DNA of 32,000 bases from Halomicronema hongdechloris C2206 (GTDB taxonomy: Bacteria > Cyanobacteriota > Cyanobacteriia > Phormidesmidales > Phormidesmidaceae): contig NZ_CP021983.2 of assembly GCF_002075285.3 (NCBI RefSeq), forward strand, positions 2,640,001 through 2,672,000. The letters run 5' to 3'. How positions within the stretch are numbered: position 1 is the stretch's first letter; each line of letters starts with the position of its first letter. This document shows, in pieces, positions 26,056 through 32,000 of this stretch. The position numbers and the translations under genes were made by a program. The notes under the pieces were generated by a model. The model was not told the origin of the DNA. It ran no database searches and saw only the letters and a program-made list of their open reading frames with translations.

Positions 26056-27270
26056 ATGGACACCATGACAATCGCCTACTTAGTCAATCAATATCCCAAA
26101 GTCAGCCATAGCTTTATCCGCCGGGAAATCGAGGCGGTAGCCGCCAGTGGTTTAACCGTGCACCGCTATGCCATTCGCTCTTTAGCAACGGAATTGGTAG
26201 ATGAGGCCGACCTGCGAGAGTTAGTCCAGACCCAATTTGTCTTAGATGTCGGCCCCTTGGGGCTATTGCTAACCTGGCTGTGGATAGGGCTGACTCGGCC
26301 CTGGCGCTTTGGTGTCGCCTTGAGGTTGGCCTTGGCCATAGGCCACTGTTCCGAGCGGGGCCGGTTGATTCATTTGATTTACCTGGCCGAAGCCTGTGTG
26401 TTGCTGCAGTGGTGTCGCCGGGATGGGGTGGCCCATATCCATGCCCACTTCGGCACTAACTCCACCACGGTGGCGATGCTGGTGCAGGAGTTGGGGGGGC
26501 CGTCCTATAGCTTTACGGTTCATGGCCCCGAAGAGTTTGATAAGGTGCAGGCCATTGCCCTGCCCCAGAAGATTGAACGGGCTGCCTTTGTGGTGGCCGT
26601 CAGTGACTTTGGCCGCAGCCAGCTCTGTCGCTGGTGTAGCCATGACCTGTGGGACAAGATTCAGGTGGTGCGCTGCGGGGTGGATGAGCTGTTCTTGCAA
26701 CAGGCCCCGTTGCCGCTCCCCCTGGCTCCTAGCTTTGTCTGTGTGGGGCGCCTCTGTGAGCAGAAGGGGCATTTGCTGCTGATAGAGGCAGCAGCGAAGC
26801 TAGCTAGCCAGGGCAGACATTTTCGCTTGGTGTTGGTGGGGGATGGCCCCCTGAGAGCCCCCATCGAAGCCATGATTGAGCGCTATGGCCTGGCGGAGCA
26901 GATCACGATCACCGGCTGGGCCAGTGGTGATGAGGTGCTGCGGCATCTGTTAGAGGCTCAGGTGATGGTGCTGCCCAGTTTTGCCGAGGGCTTGCCGGTG
27001 TCGCTGATGGAGGCCCTGGCTTTGGGGCGACCAGTGATTAGCACCTATGTAGCCGGGATTCCGGAGTTGGTGGAACCGGATATCTGTGGCTGGTTGGCGC
27101 CAGCGGGAGCCCTGGAACCCTTGGTGGCGGCGATGAAGTCGGCCTTGGCGACACCCGTAGCAGAACTAGAGGAAATGGGGCGACGCGGTGCTGAACGCGT
27201 GGCGCAGCGCCATAGTAGTGCCACTGAAGGGGCGAAGTTAGCGGCTCTGTTTCACAGGGAGCTGAAGTAA
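26056..27270 (+). CDS. glycosyltransferase family 4 (WcaL/AmsK-like)
   Basis: MDTMTIAYLVNQYPKVSHSFIRREI..., FVCVGRLCEQKGHLLLIEA...LVLVGDGPLR...VLPSFAEGLPVSLMEALALGRPVISTYVAGIPELV. High GC, like the native part of the window. Confidence 0.85.
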   Translation: MDTMTIAYLVNQYPKVSHSFIRREIEAVAASGLTVHRYAIRSLATELVDEADLRELVQTQFVLDVGPLGLLLTWLWIGLTRPWRFGVALRLALAIGHCSERGRLIHLIYLAEACVLLQWCRRDGVAHIHAHFGTNSTTVAMLVQELGGPSYSFTVHGPEEFDKVQAIALPQKIERAAFVVAVSDFGRSQLCRWCSHDLWDKIQVVRCGVDELFLQQAPLPLPLAPSFVCVGRLCEQKGHLLLIEAAAKLASQGRHFRLVLVGDGPLRAPIEAMIERYGLAEQITITGWASGDEVLRHLLEAQVMVLPSFAEGLPVSLMEALALGRPVISTYVAGIPELVEPDICGWLAPAGALEPLVAAMKSALATPVAELEEMGRRGAERVAQRHSSATEGAKLAALFHRELK

Positions 27271-27339
27271 TCCAAAATTCATGAGTCTTAGAGAAAGCCC
27301 TAATGAATATATCAGTAGATCACTACTAAGAAACATTCA

Positions 27340-28218
27340 ATGAAAAAGTTACGCATAAAACCCTCTAAAAGACAAACTGCAAGAGCCTTTTACTCTTCTC
27401 AGAGCCAGCTCCGACATCCAACGCAAATGTTGCAGTTACTGCGCCGGGATATTCTGGCCTCCCGAGAGTTAGCTTGGCAACTGCTAATTCGAGATATTAA
27501 AGCACAGTACCGACAGTCTTTGCTAGGCTTTGCTTGGGCTTTTATTCCACCTGTAATCACTGCAGTTGGCTTCATGTTTGCCAAGGGTAATGGCATTGTT
27601 AATATTGGAGAAACTGATATACCTTACCCTGCTTATGTGATGTTTAGCACAAGTCTATGGCAAACATTTTCAGAAGCGATTAGCTTACCTGTTCAACAGG
27701 TAACCAATGCCAAGATGATGCTGGCAAAGATCAATTTTCCTCGGGAAGCATTAGTACTTTCTGCCGTAGGGCAAGTATTCTTTAACTTTTTAATTAAACT
27801 GATTTTTATTATCGGACTATTTATCTGGTTCCGTATGCCTGTGACATGGAGTATTGTATTGGCTCCTGTGGCTTTACTTCACCTAATTATGCTAGGTACG
27901 ACTATCGGCACTGTCCTAGCCCCGATTGGTGCTCTCTATAAAGATGTCACAAAAGGGTTGACCTTCATTCTTAGTTTCTGGATGCTATTAACTCCAGTGG
28001 TATATCCTCCTCCTCAAGGAGGGAAACTTTCGCTGCTGATAAATCTCAATCCAGTTAGCCCATTACTGGTGACGACTCGGGAACTTTCTACAGTAGGAAT
28101 ATTGTCTAATCCTCAAGGTTTCTGGATGGCTAGTGGCGTCGCTTTCTTAGGTCTTCTCCTGGCATGGATGTTTTATCGCTTAGCCATGCCCTACGTTATT
28201 GAAAGGATGAGTTCTTAA
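27340..28218 (+). CDS. wzm: ABC-2 type polysaccharide export permease (Wzm/KpsM/TagG-like)
   Basis: ELAWQLLIRDIKAQYRQSLLGFAWAFIPPV is the ABC-2 signature, followed by six hydrophobic segments. Low GC. The stop overlaps the next start (TAATG). Confidence 0.85.
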   Translation: MKKLRIKPSKRQTARAFYSSQSQLRHPTQMLQLLRRDILASRELAWQLLIRDIKAQYRQSLLGFAWAFIPPVITAVGFMFAKGNGIVNIGETDIPYPAYVMFSTSLWQTFSEAISLPVQQVTNAKMMLAKINFPREALVLSAVGQVFFNFLIKLIFIIGLFIWFRMPVTWSIVLAPVALLHLIMLGTTIGTVLAPIGALYKDVTKGLTFILSFWMLLTPVVYPPPQGGKLSLLINLNPVSPLLVTTRELSTVGILSNPQGFWMASGVAFLGLLLAWMFYRLAMPYVIERMSS

Positions 28219-29540
28219 TGATGTCTGATTTATCCCTCTACTCAGCCAACAACCTCAAGGAGACGGATTTAAATGGACACGTTACAGCCAGTGATGATGT
28301 AGTGCTTTCTGTAAATAATGTTTCTAAGAAATTCTGCAGAGATCTCAAGCTCTCTCTGATGTATGGAATGCAAGATATTGTAGGGGAGATGGTTGGACTA
28401 CGCAAACAGAGTGAGCAGTTACGCAAGAAAGAATTTTGGGCATTAAAGGATATTAGTTTCCAACTGCGTCGAGGAGAGGCATTAGGGCTGGTTGGTAAAA
28501 ACGGCAGTGGCAAGTCTACCCTACTGAGGATTATTGCTGGACTGATTAAGCCTGATACAGGCAATGTAGAGATTAAAGGTCGTGTGGCTCCGCTTATTGC
28601 TCTAGGAGCAGGATTTAATGCAGTGTTGACTGGCAGAGAAAACATCTATGCCAATATGTCCATTCTGGGTCTGTCGAAAGAGGAAATTGATGAACGATTC
28701 GATGAGGTCGTAGAATTCGCAGAAATTGGAGAGGCAATTGATGCGCCTGTTCAAACCTACAGTTCTGGAATGCAGGCAAGATTAGGATTTTCGTGTGCGA
28801 TTCATACTAAGCCGGACATTCTTTTGATAGATGAAGTTCTCGCAGTTGGAGACATCAGATTCAGGTCGAAGTGTCATAAAAAGCTTCGAGAACTACGCCA
28901 TAATGGAACTTCTTTTATTCTTGTTAGTCATATTACTCAGTTGATATTAAACACTTGTGAACTCTCAATTTTTCTAAAGTATGGCAAGCTAATTAAACAG
29001 GGAAATTCTCAAGATGTTATGCAAATTTATGAACAAGATCTCTTCGAAATAAATAGTCAAGAAACCACAAAGAAAATTTTCAAGTTTGATTCTATGAAAA
29101 AACAGTTAATAGAAAACTCTGGAATCAAGATTAATGAAATTGCATTTAAAGATGAAAATGGGAATGAGATTTCTGAAATATTAACCGGAAACTTCTTAAA
29201 GATAGAAACACTAATTACTTCGGATAAAACATTTGAAGATGTAAACCTATTTATCAAAATCCAAGAGATAGGCGGGGAAGGAGAGCCAACATTGTTGCTA
29301 AACAGCTTTAATGATGGGAATTCTTTTCAGATTGAACCAGGATCTCACTGTATAACCATCGAGTTGCCTTATTTAGGGTTAAAGCCTGGAATATACAATT
29401 TTACTCTCTTGATAAAAGAGTCAGGACTATATATTGTTGACCTTGTTGAATCAATACAGATTATAGTTAAGGCAAATATTATCATGACGGATTGTCTTTT
29501 CTATCAGCCTAGGAAGTGGAAGAGTACACGAGTCGATTAG
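28218..29540 (+). CDS. wzt: polysaccharide ABC exporter ATPase with C-terminal carbohydrate-binding extension (Wzt/TagH-like)
   Basis: Walker A GKNGSGKST, signature YSSGMQARL, Walker B ILLIDEVLAVGD, H-loop SH. A further about 170 aa C-terminal domain (INEIAFKDENGNEISEIL...GIYNFTLLIKE...) resembles the Wzt_C beta-sandwich. Confidence 0.85.
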   Translation: MMSDLSLYSANNLKETDLNGHVTASDDVVLSVNNVSKKFCRDLKLSLMYGMQDIVGEMVGLRKQSEQLRKKEFWALKDISFQLRRGEALGLVGKNGSGKSTLLRIIAGLIKPDTGNVEIKGRVAPLIALGAGFNAVLTGRENIYANMSILGLSKEEIDERFDEVVEFAEIGEAIDAPVQTYSSGMQARLGFSCAIHTKPDILLIDEVLAVGDIRFRSKCHKKLRELRHNGTSFILVSHITQLILNTCELSIFLKYGKLIKQGNSQDVMQIYEQDLFEINSQETTKKIFKFDSMKKQLIENSGIKINEIAFKDENGNEISEILTGNFLKIETLITSDKTFEDVNLFIKIQEIGGEGEPTLLLNSFNDGNSFQIEPGSHCITIELPYLGLKPGIYNFTLLIKESGLYIVDLVESIQIIVKANIIMTDCLFYQPRKWKSTRVD

Positions 29541-29581
29541 AATAAATCGAAACAAATTTCTTTCTACCTGTAGTTTTTTTG

Positions 29582-30400
29582 ATGTCTAAAATGAGAAAGC
29601 ATATTAATCCTAAAATGAAAGACAATTCAAAGCAGAAAGATGAAAAATCAGGATTCTTCAGAGAAGACGACATATTTCTAGTTTCATACCCTAAGAGTGG
29701 TAACACCTGGGTTAGATTTTTAATTGCCAACCTAGTTCAGCCTAATAAGGAAGTAACATTCCTGAATATAGATGAATGCGTGCCAGACATTCATAAAAAT
29801 TCAATTGAAGAAATCAGCGTTAATGTTATTGAGAGGCCAAGAATTATCAAAAGCCATAATCTATATAATCCGACCTATAAAAGGGTTATTTACATAGTTA
29901 GAGATCCAAGAAGTGTTTCAGTATCTTTATATCACCACTTAATAAAATTTTTCAAAATTCCTGATCAATATCCATTCGAAGAATTTGTAGAAAATTTTAT
30001 TAAAGGAAATTATATGAGCTATTTTGGCTCTTGGGATAGTCATGTTCTTGGATGGATGAGCGGAACAAAGAATAATAATACTGATTTCATATGCTTAAAG
30101 TATGAAGATCTCAAAGATGAAACAGAAAAAGAGTTAACTAAAGTAGCTGACTTTTTAGGACTCAAGATTAACCAAGAACTATGTCAGAGAACTATTACTG
30201 CTAGTTCCTTTAATAAGATGAGACAATTAGAGTCTATGGATTGGGAGAAATCTAAGGCATTAAGCAATGGTAATCCTCATAAGCGATTTGTAAGAAGTGG
30301 GCAAGTAGATGAATGGAAATCGTATTTTAATCAAGAATCAGAGAGAAAATTACTGTCAAAATTTAGACCTGCAATGGAAGCACTTGGCTATACAGATTAG
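29582..30400 (+). CDS. sulfotransferase, PF00685-like (cytosolic-SULT-type motifs)
   Basis: FLVSYPKSGNTWVRFL (5-prime PSB), IIKSH, IYIVRDPRSVSVSLYHH (3-prime PB), YEDLKDETEKELTKVADFLGL, RSGQVDEWKSYF. Very low GC. Confidence 0.85.
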   Translation: MSKMRKHINPKMKDNSKQKDEKSGFFREDDIFLVSYPKSGNTWVRFLIANLVQPNKEVTFLNIDECVPDIHKNSIEEISVNVIERPRIIKSHNLYNPTYKRVIYIVRDPRSVSVSLYHHLIKFFKIPDQYPFEEFVENFIKGNYMSYFGSWDSHVLGWMSGTKNNNTDFICLKYEDLKDETEKELTKVADFLGLKINQELCQRTITASSFNKMRQLESMDWEKSKALSNGNPHKRFVRSGQVDEWKSYFNQESERKLLSKFRPAMEALGYTD

Positions 30401-30684
30401 TCTCTAATAAACTTTTGAAAAGTTCATTAGATAAATAAAAAATAAGCTAAACCATGAGACTAAAAAAATAGATGAGATCTAGCTATAGGGACAGAAGAAC
30501 AGTTGGTTTGTTGTAAAAATGTATTACCTTTAAATACCTATTCAGATGCAAAAGTCAAATCTAATTAGTCACCTCAATGGATGAAATGTGCACAATAAAT
30601 AAATGATATCTGAGGCAAAAAATTTGGAATTATATTTTTTACTACTTTATAATTCCATATAAAAAACAAGAGAAAATTAAAATC

Positions 30685-31512
30685 ATGATCAATATAACGT
30701 CTTTTTTTAGAAGCAGAAAAGAGTTTAATCTATTATTCTGCATTAACTCTGGAAGATCTGGTTCAAACTACCTTTCAAGTCTCTTAGGAACAACAAAAGA
30801 AGTATTTAGTCAGCATGAGGCTGAGCCTCCTATGATTGGTGGATATCTTGAAATGGTAAATAATTATCCCTTTTCTGAATCTTATCAATCTAGAAGAGTA
30901 AAAGTCGATGCTATAAAGCAAGCTATTAAAAGCATGCCAAAAAGTAAGAAGATTTACTGTGAAACAAATCACATGTTTATTAAAACATTCTTTGATGTCG
31001 TAATGGATGAATTTTCTGAGAAAGTGGAAATTATTATTCTAAGAAGAAACTTGGTGAGAGTTCTGAAGAGTTTCATAGAACTTGGTTATTTCTCGGAGCG
31101 CAATAAAGTTTGGTCTGAATGGATGTCTAGCCCCAACTCTATAACGGCTGTACTTCCCTGTATTGGTTTAGATAGTGAACTAGATCAATATGATCTATGC
31201 ATTGCATATCTTTTAGATATAGAAGCAAGAGCAGAAAAGTTTCAGAAGGATTATCCTTCAGCAAGGACATATGAGATCAAACTTGAGGATTTAAACGATT
31301 TTTCAAATATAAATAGAATGTTTAAGGCCATGAAAATAACACCTACACAAGAAACTTATAAAATATATAATAAAAAAATTAATAATAGAGAAATTAGAAA
31401 GAAAGAGATAGGAATTAGCTCTAGTTTAGACTATTGCGAGAAGAGATTGAAAGAATACATTGAAAAGGCTAATTACTTGGGGATAGAAATACCGCAAAAG
31501 GCGGCAACATAA
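30685..31512 (+). CDS. hypothetical protein, possible divergent sulfotransferase (P-loop-like GRSGS motif)
   Basis: 275 aa. LFCINSGRSGSNYLSSLLG resembles the PAPS-binding loop of Stf0/Sulfotransfer_3-type enzymes. IIILRRNLVRVLKSF resembles a 3-prime PB-like RR motif. There are no other recognisable motifs. The assignment is an inference. Confidence 0.4.
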   Translation: MINITSFFRSRKEFNLLFCINSGRSGSNYLSSLLGTTKEVFSQHEAEPPMIGGYLEMVNNYPFSESYQSRRVKVDAIKQAIKSMPKSKKIYCETNHMFIKTFFDVVMDEFSEKVEIIILRRNLVRVLKSFIELGYFSERNKVWSEWMSSPNSITAVLPCIGLDSELDQYDLCIAYLLDIEARAEKFQKDYPSARTYEIKLEDLNDFSNINRMFKAMKITPTQETYKIYNKKINNREIRKKEIGISSSLDYCEKRLKEYIEKANYLGIEIPQKAAT

Positions 31513-31580
31513 ATATCTCAGTCAAGCAAGGCTCTTAAACATTTTGCTTATTATCAGGCATTTAAATTGAAGGTAAAACC

Positions 31581-32000
31581 ATGGACCATAATCTCAATCC
31601 TAAAATTAGTGTAGTAATGATAGATGGTTCTTTTCGAGAAAACTTCTCTGCAATAAAGTACTTTGGAGATCAATCTCTTCCTTCTGAGAGTTATGAATTA
31701 ATTTGGGTAGAGTATTACAACAACGTAGATAAAAATTTGAGGAGAGAGATTGAAAAATTTCCAAATTTTAGAATTCTCACTTTAGGCAGAGAAGGAGAAT
31801 ACCATTCTTCCTATTGTTTTAATGCTGGGATTTCAGAAAGTATCGGTGATGTAATCGTAATTCCAGATGCAGACTTAGTTGTAGAAAACAATTTTCTAGA
31901 GGAAATTCTTTCCGAACATAGAAAAAATAACGAGCTGGCAATGTATATCTATAGGCTAAACGAGCCAAAAGAATTACATCAAGAGCCCATTACTCTAGAG
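31581..32000 (+). CDS. glycosyltransferase family 2-like, N-terminal 140 codons (continues beyond window)
   Basis: Absent from the ORF track because there is no stop within the window. ATG at 31581. MDHNLNPKISVVMIDGSFRENFSAIKYFGDQSLPSESYELIWVEYYNNVD...GDVIVIPDADLVVENNF shows a GT-A beginning with a DAD (DxD) motif. Confidence 0.6.
   Translation, partial: MDHNLNPKISVVMIDGSFRENFSAIKYFGDQSLPSESYELIWVEYYNNVDKNLRREIEKFPNFRILTLGREGEYHSSYCFNAGISESIGDVIVIPDADLVVENNFLEEILSEHRKNNELAMYIYRLNEPKELHQEPITLE

Noticed and set aside
27271-27340. Searched the left edge of the low-GC island for a tRNA, an integrase, or att-like direct or inverted repeats
   Set aside because: None is visible in the 70-nt spacer or in the flanking genes. 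The mobility mechanism cannot be inferred from this window.
30401-30684. AT-rich 284-bp spacer with an 8-bp inverted repeat (GGAATTAT...ATAATTCC) near 30635-30665, considered as a terminator or regulatory hairpin
   Set aside because: The stem is short, A/T-rich and carries a 15-nt loop. In about 25-30% GC DNA such matches are expected by chance.

Overview
The window reads as cyanobacterial chromosome. Evidence: ten HIP1 octamers (GCGATCGC), xisI, cyanobacterial-type lycopene cyclase crtL, and STRR-like 7-8 nt tandem repeats. It splits into two parts.

(1) Positions 1-14.0 kb are high-GC (hand-counted lines about 60%) and carry housekeeping genes. These are guaD (partial), two GT2 glycosyltransferases, mtnA, xisI plus an xisH remnant, a PD-(D/E)XK nuclease, a lone sulfotransferase, crtL, a Tat-signal metallophosphoesterase, obg, a DUF4168 protein, holA and cobH-cobL. 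Four of these genes (mtnA, the metallophosphoesterase, DUF4168, holA) carry frame disruptions, in at least three cases at short homopolymer runs. Two about 240-bp mosaic repeat elements in inverted orientation bracket this block.

(2) Positions 14.3-32 kb are a large polysaccharide locus. It holds a WcaF-like acetyltransferase, a WecB/TagA/CpsF transferase, Wzc, Wza, a QxxRW synthase-type GT2, a Wzy-like polymerase, two GT4 enzymes, Wzm/Wzt and a further partial GT2. Three clear sulfotransferases plus one divergent candidate are interleaved with these genes, and a fifth sulfotransferase lies at 5.8 kb.

This is the most interesting signal: a candidate sulfated-exopolysaccharide system that mixes three export/polymerisation paradigms. 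Its composition is mosaic. GC drops after wza at about 19.7 kb and collapses to about 30-37% immediately after position 27270. HIP1 sites disappear in that last segment, which suggests recent horizontal acquisition of the wzm-wzt-sulfotransferase module.

I could not support any rRNA, tRNA, CRISPR array, transposase or integrase from the sequence.
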